DNA of 45,516 nucleotides from Nitrospiraceae bacterium (GTDB taxonomy: Bacteria; Nitrospirota; Nitrospiria; Nitrospirales; Nitrospiraceae). Shown here piece by piece: positions 1 through 8,611 of the stretch. Each line of letters opens with the position of its first letter. Positions within the stretch are counted from its first letter, which is position 1. The stretch is from positions 1-45,516 of the forward strand of contig JBBIQV010000025.1 of the NCBI GenBank assembly GCA_037442105.1. The letters run 5' to 3'. The notes under the pieces were generated by a model that ran no database searches, was not told the DNA's origin, and saw only the letters and a program-made list of their open reading frames with translations. The translations under genes were made by a program, and so were the position numbers.

Positions 1-264
1 GAAGAGACCACCAGCGCCAGCCAATCCATGAAAGACCAGGCGAAGGCCCTGCTGCGGCAGGTGGAAGTCTTCAAGATCGAGGGGAGAGAGTCGAAAGCGG
101 GGAGCGGGGAGCGGAAAGCGGAGAGCGGAGAGCGGAAAGCGGAGAGCGGAGAATCGGCTCCCCACTCACGGCTCTCCACTCCCCACTTACGTCGAGGGGC
201 CGGCGTCGCCGGCGGCAACGGCAAGGACCGCCGCCGGAAACACGATGAGTTTGAGGAGTTCTAA
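1..264 (+). CDS. Methyl-accepting chemotaxis protein, C-terminal fragment (5' end outside window)
   Basis: Frame open from base 1: EETTSASQSMKDQAKALLRQVEVFK is a typical MCP methylation-helix end. Ends in an EFEEF pentapeptide (NWETF-like CheR/CheB tether) and lies upstream of cheR/cheD/cheB. Confidence 0.85.
   Translation, partial: EETTSASQSMKDQAKALLRQVEVFKIEGRESKAGSGERKAESGERKAESGESAPHSRLSTPHLRRGAGVAGGNGKDRRRKHDEFEEF
83..190. repeat. Heptamer tandem repeat / imperfect inverted repeat inside MCP tail
   Basis: (AGCGGRR)x8 at 96-151, then a complementary-like arm CTCCCCA CTCACGG CTCTCCA CTCCCCA at 158-185. Encodes SGERKAE repeats. Confidence 0.85.
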
Positions 265-267
265 ACG

Positions 268-362
268 GGCGAGCAGCGAACAGCGAATAGCTGGCAGTGA
301 GCAGCCAGGACTTCCGAGCTACTCGCTGCTCTCTATTTGCTGTTCGCTATCAGCTACCCGCT
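268..362. repeat. Heptamer inverted-repeat element (intergenic)
   Basis: GGCGAGC AGCGAAC AGCGAAT AGCTGGC AGTGAGC ... GCTACTC GCTGCTC TCTATTT GCTGTTC GCTATCA GCTACCC. Confidence 0.8.
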
Positions 363-380
363 CTATATAAGGATTTTGCT

Positions 381-842
381 ATGGAGCTCAAAACGTTCCT
401 CTGGTACGGCGTGCTGACAAGCATCACCTGCGCCTATCTCGTGGCGCTGGCCGGCGTACGCGCCGCCCACCGGCATGACGTCCCGCATCATGCGCGGCGC
501 ATGATGATCGCCGGCACAATCGTCGGCATGTGGCTCGTCTGCTATGTGATGAAACAGTTCCTGTTCGGACGGGAGCGGTTCGGCGGAAGCGAGGAGGCAT
601 ACTGGCAGGTCTATGTGCCGGTTTTTTCAGCGCACATGCTGTTGGCAATCACCACGATCGGGTTGGGGGGCTACAACCTATACACAGGTCTTCGCCGTCT
701 CCGTTACGGGAGTGTCGGCGCGATGGCCGCCGGCGTCTCACGGCACCGGCAGCTTGGCACGCTCTTGGTCTGGACTTTTTCAGGCACGATGCTGACCGCC
801 TACGTGGTGTATCTCATGTTGTTCGTGTGGTATCCGGCGTGA
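381..842 (+). CDS. DUF420-family membrane protein
   Basis: Four hydrophobic helices with conserved His residues (HHARRM, SAHMLLA, RHRQLG...SG...YLML). ATG at 381 preceded by AAGGA. Confidence 0.75.
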   Translation: MELKTFLWYGVLTSITCAYLVALAGVRAAHRHDVPHHARRMMIAGTIVGMWLVCYVMKQFLFGRERFGGSEEAYWQVYVPVFSAHMLLAITTIGLGGYNLYTGLRRLRYGSVGAMAAGVSRHRQLGTLLVWTFSGTMLTAYVVYLMLFVWYPA

Positions 843-848
843 AAGACG

Positions 849-897
849 GTGATGAGTGATGGGTGAGGAGTGGTGAGTTGTGAGTCGTAAGTGGTGG
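849..897. repeat. Heptamer tandem array (GTGATGR-type), single arm
   Basis: GTGATGA GTGATGG GTGAGGA GTGGTGA GTTGTGA GTCGTAA GTGGTGG between DUF420 gene and cheR. Confidence 0.75.
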
Positions 898-908
898 ATA
901 GTGACGTG

Positions 909-1724
909 ATGGAATATTCGATTACGCAAGACGAGTTCGAGCGGTTCCGCGCACTGGTCTACGACGAGAGCGGAATTTCGTTGAACGACAGCAAGCAGCC
1001 GCTCCTGGTCTCTCGCCTTTCCAAACGGCTGCGAGATCTGGGGCTCCGCACGTTCCAGCAGTACTACGAGTTCGTGACGGGCGATCCCGACCGAGACGAG
1101 TTCACCCGAATGCTGGATCTCATTTCGACGAACAAAACGGACTTCTTCCGGGAATCGAAACACTTCGAGTTTTTGCGCGACCGGATCATTCCCGAGTTGC
1201 AAGATGCGAAACGACTCCGCATCTGGTCCTCTGCCTGTTCAACCGGAGAAGAGCCGTATACGATCGCGATCACCCTGTACGAGAGCGTAGAGGACCCCGC
1301 CCAGTGGGATTTCAAAATGTTGGCTTCCGACCTCTCCACCCGTGTGCTGGCCAAGGCAGCTTCCGGCCTGTACGAAGAAGAATTGATCCGCGGCGTGCCG
1401 CCGGATGTCGCCAAACGTCATTTCCTGCGCGGACGGGGAGACCATGTTGGTTTGGTGAAAGTGAAGCCGCACCTCTCGCAGATGATCGCGTTTCGCCGGA
1501 TTAATTTGATGGACGACCGGTATCCCATCAGGACGCCGCTGGATCTCATCTTCTGTCGGAACGTCATGATCTATTTCGATCGACCGACCCAGGAGAGCGT
1601 GGTCAATAAACTTTATCGCTATCTCAAACCGGGCGGGTACCTGTTCATCGGCCATTCGGAAAGCCTCCAGTGGGTGAACCATTCGTTCAAGCCCATTGTG
1701 CCGACGATTTATCAAAAACCGTGA
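909..1724 (+). CDS. cheR: Chemotaxis protein methyltransferase CheR
   Basis: TNKTDFFRE, IWSSACSTGEEPY, DLIFCRNVMIYF, GHSESL motifs. Confidence 0.97.
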   Translation: MEYSITQDEFERFRALVYDESGISLNDSKQPLLVSRLSKRLRDLGLRTFQQYYEFVTGDPDRDEFTRMLDLISTNKTDFFRESKHFEFLRDRIIPELQDAKRLRIWSSACSTGEEPYTIAITLYESVEDPAQWDFKMLASDLSTRVLAKAASGLYEEELIRGVPPDVAKRHFLRGRGDHVGLVKVKPHLSQMIAFRRINLMDDRYPIRTPLDLIFCRNVMIYFDRPTQESVVNKLYRYLKPGGYLFIGHSESLQWVNHSFKPIVPTIYQKP

Positions 1725-1815
1725 TCAGTGATGGGTGATGGGAAAAAGCATAGTATGGTACCGAACGCGACAACGACCTCATCACCCGTCACCCCTCACC
1801 CGCCACCGATCACCG
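1721..1815. repeat. Heptamer inverted-repeat element straddling the cheD start
   Basis: GTGATCA GTGATGG GTGATGG ... CTCATCA CCCGTCA CCCCTCA CCCGCCA CCGATCA; ATG 1755 lies in the loop. Confidence 0.8.
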
Positions 1816-2453
1816 AATTTCCGCACATCCGGCGGATGCGCGACAGCCGATTCCCCTATGAAATTGCATCCATCTTGCCGGGGGAGTTCTTCGTGAGTCG
1901 CGAGCCGATGATTATCTATACCGTGCTTGGCTCCTGCATTTCAGCCTGCATCAGGGACCCGGCTGTCGGCGTCGGCGGGATGAATCATTTTATGCTGCCT
2001 CACCCTCACCCTTCCCGCCTCCCTCTGAGAGGGAAAGCCGGGGAAAGGAGCGGTGAAGGCTGCGAAGGGATCTGGGAGGAGTCCACCCGGTATGGTTCGT
2101 TTGCGATGGAGTGCCTGATTAACGAAATTCTGAAGCGGGGCGGCATGAAGCACCGGCTCGAAATCAAGCTGTTCGGTGCGGGCAAGATCCATGATGGGAA
2201 TATGGATGTCGGGGTCCACAATGCCGAGTGGGTCTTGAACTATCTGCACCGCGAAGGGCTCTCGGTCACAAGCAGCGACCTCGGCGATGTGTACCCGCGC
2301 AAGGTGTACTACTTCACCGACAGCGGTCGAGTGCTGCTCAAGAAAATCGAGCGTATCAAGAACCGGACGATTCACGAACGCGAAGCCGCGTATGCGCAGC
2401 GGTTGCAAGACGAGCAGGCACACCCGCACGGCGATGTGACGTTGTTTCAATGA
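1755..2453 (+). CDS. cheD: Chemoreceptor glutamine deamidase CheD (start 1755 or 1728)
   Basis: ILPGEF, TVLGSCISAC, GGMNHFMLP, RYG, KLFG, DLG..PRKV motifs. Confidence 0.93.
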   Translation: MVPNATTTSSPVTPHPPPITEFPHIRRMRDSRFPYEIASILPGEFFVSREPMIIYTVLGSCISACIRDPAVGVGGMNHFMLPHPHPSRLPLRGKAGERSGEGCEGIWEESTRYGSFAMECLINEILKRGGMKHRLEIKLFGAGKIHDGNMDVGVHNAEWVLNYLHREGLSVTSSDLGDVYPRKVYYFTDSGRVLLKKIERIKNRTIHEREAAYAQRLQDEQAHPHGDVTLFQ

Positions 2454-2455
2454 AC

Positions 2456-2521
2456 GCCTTCAGCCATCAGCCTTCAGCAGTCAGGGCCGGAGCTGAAAGC
2501 TGACTGCTGAGAGCTGAACGC
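2456..2521. repeat. Heptamer inverted-repeat element between cheD and cheB
   Basis: GCCTTCA GCCATCA GCCTTCA GCAGTCA - loop - GCTGAAA GCTGACT GCTGAGA GCTGAAC. Confidence 0.85.
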
Positions 2522-2537
2522 TTGTCCAAGGAGCTTT

Positions 2538-3605
2538 ATGGCGAAAATTCGCGTGCTGATCGTCGATGACTCAGCCCTGATGCGCCAGGTGCTGGCCGAG
2601 CTGCTCTCCAAGGACCCCGATATCGAGGTCGTCGGCTCGGCGCCGGATCCCTTTATTGCCCGCGAGAAGATCAAAACGTTGAATCCGGACGTGCTGACCC
2701 TCGATGTCGAGATGCCGAAGATGGACGGATTAACATTCTTGGAGAAACTGATGGCCGGCCATCCCCTGCCAGTGGTGATGGTGAGCTCGCTTACGGAAGC
2801 CGGCTGTCAGACCACGCTCCGAGCGCTGGAACTCGGCGCGGTGGATTTCATTACGAAGCCGAAAATCGATTTGCGTCAGGGCATGGAAGATCTCGCGCAG
2901 GACCTGATCGAGAAGGTGAAAGCCGCCGCCGTCGCGCAGGTGAAACGTGAACCGTCAGGCGTGAGGCGTGAGGCGAAGCCCCGTACCCCTTACCCCTCAC
3001 CCCTCACGTCTCCCAATGCCATGCCCAAGACTACCGACACCGTCATTGCCATCGGTGCCTCGACGGGAGGCACGGAAGCGTTGCGCCAGGTTCTGGAAGC
3101 GCTGCCGCCGAATACCCCGCCGGTCATTATCACGCAGCACATGCCGGAACGATTTACCAGGACGTTCGCGGATCGGCTGAACGGCCTCTGCCGAATTTCA
3201 GTCAAGGAAGCCGAGGACGGCGACAGCGTCCTGCCCGGCCATGCCCTGATCGCGCCGGGCAATTACCACCTGACGCTGACGCGCAGCGGAGCTCGATACA
3301 CGGTCAAGATCAATCAGGAGCCGCCCGTCAACCGGCACCGTCCTTCCGTCGACGTGATGTTTTCGTCCGTCGCCCACCACGCCGGCGGGAACAGCGTGGG
3401 CGTGATCCTGACCGGCATGGGTGGGGACGGGGCGAAGGAATTGCTGGCGATGAAGCAGGCCGGGGCGTACACCATCGCTCAGGACGAAGCCAGTTGCGTC
3501 GTCTTCGGCATGCCGAAGGAAGCGATCAAGTTGGGAGCGGTCGACAAGGTATTGCCGCTGGGCGATATCCCTGCCGCCATTCTCGCTCATGTGAGTCGCA
3601 GTTAA
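2538..3605 (+). CDS. cheB: Chemotaxis response regulator methylesterase CheB
   Basis: N-terminal receiver (LIVDDS, LDVEMP, KP) plus methylesterase motifs [26 protein letters not shown]. Confidence 0.97.
   Translation: MAKIRVLIVDDSALMRQVLAELLSKDPDIEVVGSAPDPFIAREKIKTLNPDVLTLDVEMPKMDGLTFLEKLMAGHPLPVVMVSSLTEAGCQTTLRALELGAVDFITKPKIDLRQGMEDLAQDLIEKVKAAAVAQVKREPSGVRREAKPRTPYPSPLTSPNAMPKTTDTVIAIGASTGGTEALRQVLEALPPNTPPVIITQHMPERFTRTFADRLNGLCRISVKEAEDGDSVLPGHALIAPGNYHLTLTRSGARYTVKINQEPPVNRHRPSVDVMFSSVAHHAGGNSVGVILTGMGGDGAKELLAMKQAGAYTIAQDEASCVVFGMPKEAIKLGAVDKVLPLGDIPAAILAHVSRS
2940..3012. repeat. Heptamer inverted-repeat element encoding the CheB interdomain linker
   Basis: GTGAAAC GTGAACC GTCAGGC GTGAGGC GTGAGGC ... 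ACCCCTT ACCCCTC ACCCCTC ACGTCTC = [24 protein letters not shown]. Confidence 0.8.
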
Positions 3606-3631
3606 CGACGTCTCGAAGAAGGAGTCTCTCA

Positions 3632-3961
3632 ATGACAATCTCGGAAAGCGTTCGGCCTAGCGGCACGGTGTTGCGCCTGGACGGCAACTTCACCTACGAC
3701 AGCCGGCGAGAGTTCAAGGCCAGCGTAGAAAAAGCGAGACAGGCCGGCTGCCGCAACTTGGTCGTCGATCTGGGCCGGGTGAACTTCGTAGACAGCGCCG
3801 CGCTCGGCTTGCTCGTGTTGACCAGCCACCAGTTCCAGCAAGAGCAGCGGACATTCAGCTTGATGCGGCCGGCGGAAAAGGTGGCAAAGCTGCTGGCCAT
3901 CGCCAACATCAACAGGATCATTCCCGTGTACGAGAACGAGCAGGCCGCCCACGCGGCCTAG
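3632..3961 (+). CDS. STAS domain protein (anti-sigma factor antagonist)
   Basis: 109 aa; LVVDLGRVNFVDSAALG STAS motif with phosphorylatable Ser; AAGGAG RBS. Confidence 0.9.
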   Translation: MTISESVRPSGTVLRLDGNFTYDSRREFKASVEKARQAGCRNLVVDLGRVNFVDSAALGLLVLTSHQFQQEQRTFSLMRPAEKVAKLLAIANINRIIPVYENEQAAHAA

Positions 3962-4025
3962 CAGGCTGAGGACTTTTTCAACATCCTGCTTGTGCCGCTC
4001 ATTTCAACAAGGAAGGAACGCACAT

Positions 4026-4373
4026 ATGGACATCAAACAACGAGACCTGAATGGCGCCGCGGTGTTGGATATTAAGGGCGATCTGACCTATGCCAACCGC
4101 GGGGAATTCAAGATGGCGGTCGAGCGCGTGAAGAGCGCGGGCTGCCGGCACCTCATTCTCAATATGGAGCAGGTCCGGTTTGTGGACAGTGCAGGTTTGG
4201 GCTTGCTGGCGTTGATCTCGCAGAACTTCAAGGTGAACCAGGCGCAACTCAGCCTGGTGAAACCCCAGAGTTACGTCCGCGAGATTATGAGCCTGGCCAA
4301 CATTCCCAAGATGATTCCGCTGTTTGAGAGCGAGCAGGAAGCATTGTCCGGACGGGTTCAGTCCGCCGCGTGA
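4026..4373 (+). CDS. STAS domain protein (anti-sigma factor antagonist), paralog of preceding gene
   Basis: LILNMEQVRFVDSAGLG motif; AAGGAAGGA RBS. Confidence 0.9.
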   Translation: MDIKQRDLNGAAVLDIKGDLTYANRGEFKMAVERVKSAGCRHLILNMEQVRFVDSAGLGLLALISQNFKVNQAQLSLVKPQSYVREIMSLANIPKMIPLFESEQEALSGRVQSAA

Positions 4374-4381
4374 GGCACGAT

Positions 4382-5605
4382 ATGGGAAGTCCCTCTCCAC
4401 AGACACCGGCGCCTCAGGCGGCCGCAGCCGATCGGCGTGCGTCTCAGCCGGCGACTATTCTCCTGGTCGATGACGAGCCGGTGGCACGCCTCAGCACAGC
4501 CCACCGGCTGCGGCGTCTCGGATACACCGTGCTGGAAGCCGAGGATGGAGCACGAGGCTTGAAGATCATTCGGAAAGTGCGGCCGGACCTGATCATCCTC
4601 GACTGGATCATGCCGGAAATGGACGGCCCCACCGTGTGCGAGGCCATCCGGAACGACCCGGCGCTTTCCTCCAGTCAGATCATCCTGATGACCGCGAACG
4701 ATCGCCCGGAGCAGATTGCGGAAGGGCTGGCGCGCGGAGCGGACGACTTTTTGAGCAAATCCGCCAGCAAGCAGGAAATCGCCGCCCGCGTCCAAGCCGG
4801 CATCCGCGCCAGCGCGCTTGTCCGCCAACTCGAGCATACGCGCGACGATCTGCGCGCCAAGCAAGCGGAACTCGAGGAGGACCTGCACTCCGCGGCGCGT
4901 TTCGTGGAATCACTGCTGCCGCCACCGGGCTCGCCGGCGCCGGGGCTCCACCTGTCCTGGCATTACCGGCCGTCGCTGAACTTGGGCGGAGATCTGTTCG
5001 GAGTGACCCCGTGGGGGCCGGAGCACCTTGGCCTGTTCATCCTCGACGCTTCAGGGCACGGTGTGTCGGCCGCGCTCCGCGCCGCCTCGCTCATCGCGTT
5101 CCTACGTTCTACCGACCTGTTGAAGGTGGTCGGATCGTACGATCCTGGAAGGATTCTCACGGAAACCAACCGCCGTTTCCCGATGACGGCCGACGGCGAC
5201 TATTTCACATTGTGGATCGGCGCGTTGCATCTGCCGTCGCGCAAGCTGACCTACGCGACAGCCGGACACTCCGGCGCGGTCCTCTGCCGCCCTCAGGCAG
5301 CGGCTCAATGGCTGGCCCGACCCTCCTTGCCCGTTGGTTTCGATCCCGCCGTTGTCTTTGCCGGCGACAGTGTGCCGCTCCAGCCGGGCGACCGCCTGTT
5401 CCTGATGAGCGACGGCATTTATGAACCGCTCTCGCCCGGCGGGGAAGTGTGGGGGAAGGCTCGACTGCAACAGGTCTTGGAGCAAGAGGCCGCACGTCCG
5501 ATGGATGAGTTGATTACACAGTGCTTTCAGTCCGCTCGCCTATGGCAGGGAGCCGAACATTTCGCCGATGACGCCGCGTTGGTCGGACTGGAACTGGCTG
5601 CTTGA
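4382..5605 (+). CDS. Response regulator with PP2C/SpoIIE (RsbU-like) phosphatase domain
   Basis: Receiver (LVDDE, LDWIMP), coiled coil, then GGD, DASGHG, SDG and DD PP2C motifs. Confidence 0.92.
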   Translation: MGSPSPQTPAPQAAAADRRASQPATILLVDDEPVARLSTAHRLRRLGYTVLEAEDGARGLKIIRKVRPDLIILDWIMPEMDGPTVCEAIRNDPALSSSQIILMTANDRPEQIAEGLARGADDFLSKSASKQEIAARVQAGIRASALVRQLEHTRDDLRAKQAELEEDLHSAARFVESLLPPPGSPAPGLHLSWHYRPSLNLGGDLFGVTPWGPEHLGLFILDASGHGVSAALRAASLIAFLRSTDLLKVVGSYDPGRILTETNRRFPMTADGDYFTLWIGALHLPSRKLTYATAGHSGAVLCRPQAAAQWLARPSLPVGFDPAVVFAGDSVPLQPGDRLFLMSDGIYEPLSPGGEVWGKARLQQVLEQEAARPMDELITQCFQSARLWQGAEHFADDAALVGLELAA

Positions 5606-5623
5606 CCGGAAGGAGAACGCCCT

Positions 5624-5983
5624 ATGGATACGACCGCGGTCTTCGATTTATCGGAAGCGTTGGCCCGGGTAGACGGCGACCAGGAGCTGTTCGTGACGTT
5701 GGCGGAGTTATTCCTGCAAGAAAGCCCCAAAGAGTTTGCCGCGGTGCGTGCCGCGCTGTCCGGTCACGATAGTGCCGGTTTGGCAAGTGCCGCACACAAG
5801 CTCAAAGGCTCCGTCATACAATTTTGCGCGCCGCGCCTGTTCGAGAGCGTGAAACACCTCGAAGCGCTGGGCCGGCAAGAAAATCTCGCTGCAGCCTCTT
5901 CGGTCTGCGCGGCGGTGGACACGCAACTGGCCGAATTGCACGACGCGCTTCGGCAGGTCATGAAGGGAGGGTTTCCGTTATGA
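5624..5983 (+). CDS. Hpt (histidine phosphotransfer) domain protein
   Basis: AAHKLKGS Hpt motif; all-helical 119 aa. Confidence 0.92.
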   Translation: MDTTAVFDLSEALARVDGDQELFVTLAELFLQESPKEFAAVRAALSGHDSAGLASAAHKLKGSVIQFCAPRLFESVKHLEALGRQENLAAASSVCAAVDTQLAELHDALRQVMKGGFPL

Positions 5984-6891
5984 TCGGCAGAATCGAATCC
6001 CACGTTCAGGCGCGCACGCTCCTCATCGTCTCCGGTAATCCGGACACGCAGGCAGCCGTCCTCGAGCAGGCGAAGGCGAAGGGCTTGTCGGTGATCTCCG
6101 CCCCGGATCCTGCCGTCGGCCTGACGACGTTCGAGATGACGAGGCCTGACATCGTGCTGGTCGATCTCTTTCTGCCCGAGCAGGAAGGGCTTGAACTGGT
6201 GAGGAAAATTCGCGAACGCCGTCCCGCCTGCCCCGTCGCCATCCTCACCGAGGCAGGCCACGTCGAATCGGCCGTCGAAGGTTTGCGCGCCGGGGCGTTG
6301 GATTACGTGCAGCAACCCGTCCATGTAGAAGAACTCGCGCACGTGCTTCAGCGGGCGATCCAGGCATTGCCTGCCACGGTGGAGGATGCGCCGGGCATCG
6401 AGCGATTGGAGTATAGCCTTGTCATGGGGCCCGACCCGAGCCACGTGGACAGTACCGTGTCCTGGCTGATCCAAGGGACCGCGATGGGTCTCTCCGAAGC
6501 TCGCCAGCTTCACCTCCGGGCCGCTTTGCAAGAATTGGTGATGAACGCGGTCGAGCACGGCAGCCTCGAAATCCGCTATCACGACAAAATCGAGGCCATT
6601 GCGAAGGACCGATACGACGAACTTATTCGCCAGCGCCGGCAAGAAGCCCGCTACCGAAACCGCCGTGTTACGATTCGCGCGATCTACGATAAGACCGCGC
6701 ACGTGCTACAGTACCGGATCGCCGATCAGGGGAAGGGGTTCAACTGGAAGGCGCGGGTCGGCGCCCATCTTGATGCCTGTCCTACCGTCGATGCCAGCGG
6801 CCGCGGTGTGTTTTTGGCGCACTCCTTCTTTCCCGACATTGTCTACAATGAGCTGGGGAATGAGGTCACGGTCACCGTTCCCCTGAGTTGA
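5980..6891 (+). CDS. Atypical receiver + HATPase_c (RsbW-like Ser kinase/anti-sigma) protein
   Basis: ATGA overlap with Hpt gene; N-terminal receiver fold; ELVMNAVEHG, DQGKGF, GRG GHKL boxes. Confidence 0.85.
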   Translation: MIGRIESHVQARTLLIVSGNPDTQAAVLEQAKAKGLSVISAPDPAVGLTTFEMTRPDIVLVDLFLPEQEGLELVRKIRERRPACPVAILTEAGHVESAVEGLRAGALDYVQQPVHVEELAHVLQRAIQALPATVEDAPGIERLEYSLVMGPDPSHVDSTVSWLIQGTAMGLSEARQLHLRAALQELVMNAVEHGSLEIRYHDKIEAIAKDRYDELIRQRRQEARYRNRRVTIRAIYDKTAHVLQYRIADQGKGFNWKARVGAHLDACPTVDASGRGVFLAHSFFPDIVYNELGNEVTVTVPLS

Positions 6892-6954
6892 CAATGTGGT
6901 GAAGAGTGACTTGACGTGCCTCGCCGGTGCGGTTTATCTTTCCGGCTGCAAGAT

Positions 6955-6985
6955 AGCGAGCAGCCGATAGCGACCAGCTCTCAGC
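6955..6985. repeat. Short heptamer array (AGCNNNN), single arm
   Basis: AGCGAGC AGCCGAT AGCGACC AGCTCTC AGC. Confidence 0.5.
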
Positions 6986-7009
6986 TTCACTCCCATCACG
7001 AGGTGTCCG

Positions 7010-7246
7010 ATGTCCAAGTTCCTCCCCGTGCTCGCGCTTATGTCTGTGAGCCTGCTTCTCACCGCCTGCAACACCGCCACATGGGTCCATCCGACCAAGC
7101 CATCGGAAGCCTTCGCGACCGATTACAACAAGTGCCAGAACGACGCGCTGCGGGACCCCAAACTCCAGCAAGGCCTTCAGTTGCTGTTGCTCCAAGCCAC
7201 GGAGCGCTGCGTCCAGAAGATGGGCTGGGTGCTGAAGGACGAGTAG
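7010..7246 (+). CDS. Small hypothetical lipoprotein
   Basis: Lipobox LLLTAC; GAGG RBS; two further Cys; possible promoter TTGACG-18-TATCTT at 6911-6940. Confidence 0.75.
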   Translation: MSKFLPVLALMSVSLLLTACNTATWVHPTKPSEAFATDYNKCQNDALRDPKLQQGLQLLLLQATERCVQKMGWVLKDE

Positions 7247-7327
7247 CGGCCTACTCTTCTACTTGGCGTAAAGCAACTCGATCCGTTCCTTCCCAAGACC
7301 GACCTGCCTTTCTGCACATTGCGGAAC

Positions 7328-7383
7328 AATTAACACGGCTGTAACCATCGCGTCATGGACCGGAAACGCGGAGGAATTATGCT
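7328..7383 (+). promoter_or_regulatory. PHO-box-like promoter of pstS-like gene
   Basis: 11-bp-period direct repeats TTAAC(7330) GTAAC(7341) GTCAT(7352) GAAAC(7363), then 10 nt and -10 TATGCT(7378). Confidence 0.7.
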
Positions 7384-7425
7384 GAGAGAAGGAGATCAAC
7401 TCAAACCCATACTGGGGAGGTGCCA

Positions 7426-8505
7426 GTGGCGTACATATCCAAGGCAGGACAAGGGAAGCCTGGTAAGAAGTACCGGAGCGCCGCAATCGCGGGCGTGCTG
7501 ATGACCGTGCTCGGCTGGTCAAGCTGGGTGGGTGCAGAGGAGCAGGCTACGGAGGTCAATGGACAAATCACGGTCGCGGGATCGGAAACGATGCAACCCA
7601 TGGTTGCCAAGCTGGCGGCGGAGTTTATGCGCCTTCATCCCGACGTCGGTTTCACGATCGAAGGCAGTGGGTCGGCGTCCGCTATCAGGGAGTTCACCCT
7701 CGGCCTCTCGTTGCAACGGCGCGGCGACAAGGCACGCGAAGGGCATGAAGGCGCGAGCACCGCGAATCTGCTGGCTTCCTCCCGGACGCTGACCGACAAG
7801 GAACTGCGGGCCTTCGCCTCGCATCACGGGTATGAACCGCTGGAGTTTCCTGTGGCCATCGATGCAGTGACCATCTATGTGAATGCGGAGAACCCCGTTC
7901 AGGGACTGACGCTTGAGCAGGTGGACGCGATCTTCGGCAGTGAACGCAAACGCGGATATCCGGAAGACATCGCCACATGGGGTCAAGCCGGCGTCAAGGC
8001 CGCCGGGTGGGAAAAACAGGCCATCCGTCTGTACGGACGCAACGAGAAATCCGGCACGCGCGAGTTCTTCATCCAGACGGCCCTAAAGGGCGGGGCGCTC
8101 AAAGAGAATATCCGTGAGCAGCCGGGACCAGCCTCGGAAATTCTGGCGATCGCTCGCGATCCCCTCGGGATCGGGTATGCCGGAACCGGCTACCAAACCT
8201 CCCTGGTGCGGGTGGTGCCGGTCGCCGAGCAGGCCGGACGACCCCCTGTTGCACCGAGCCAGGACACAGTCGCCGACGGCACCTATCCCTTGGGCCGGGC
8301 GCTGTATCTGTACGTCGCCAAGGCACCGAAGGAGCGACTGGGGCCGGCTATGTTGGAGTTCCTGAAGTTCGTGAACAGCCGGGAAGGGCAGGATATCGTG
8401 TCCCGCGCAGGCTTCTTCCGGTTGACAAGCGCCATGGTGGCCAAGAACATGGCGGTGCTGACCGGGGGATCAGTGACGGCGAACCTGTCGGCTGCCAAAC
8501 ACTAA
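7426..8505 (+). CDS. pstS: Phosphate ABC transporter substrate-binding protein, PstS family
   Basis: Signal peptide; AGSETM, GSGS, SSR, GRNEKSGT, YPLGRALYLY motifs; GGAGG 5 nt before GTG 7426. Confidence 0.85.
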   Translation: MAYISKAGQGKPGKKYRSAAIAGVLMTVLGWSSWVGAEEQATEVNGQITVAGSETMQPMVAKLAAEFMRLHPDVGFTIEGSGSASAIREFTLGLSLQRRGDKAREGHEGASTANLLASSRTLTDKELRAFASHHGYEPLEFPVAIDAVTIYVNAENPVQGLTLEQVDAIFGSERKRGYPEDIATWGQAGVKAAGWEKQAIRLYGRNEKSGTREFFIQTALKGGALKENIREQPGPASEILAIARDPLGIGYAGTGYQTSLVRVVPVAEQAGRPPVAPSQDTVADGTYPLGRALYLYVAKAPKERLGPAMLEFLKFVNSREGQDIVSRAGFFRLTSAMVAKNMAVLTGGSVTANLSAAKH

Positions 8506-8507
8506 CC

Positions 8508-8586
8508 GAAGTCTGAAAGTCCAAAGTCATCAAGTCGAAAGTCTAAAGTCTAAAGACCCGCAGTCTTCTGCGACTTGACGACCTGA
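8508..8586. repeat. Heptamer array (NAAAGTC) with short complementary arm
   Basis: GAAAGTC CAAAGTC (A)TCAAGTC GAAAGTC TAAAGTC TAAAGAC ... GACTTGA CGACCTG. Confidence 0.75.
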
Positions 8587-8611
8587 TGGGTGGAACACGC
8601 AATCCACGAAC

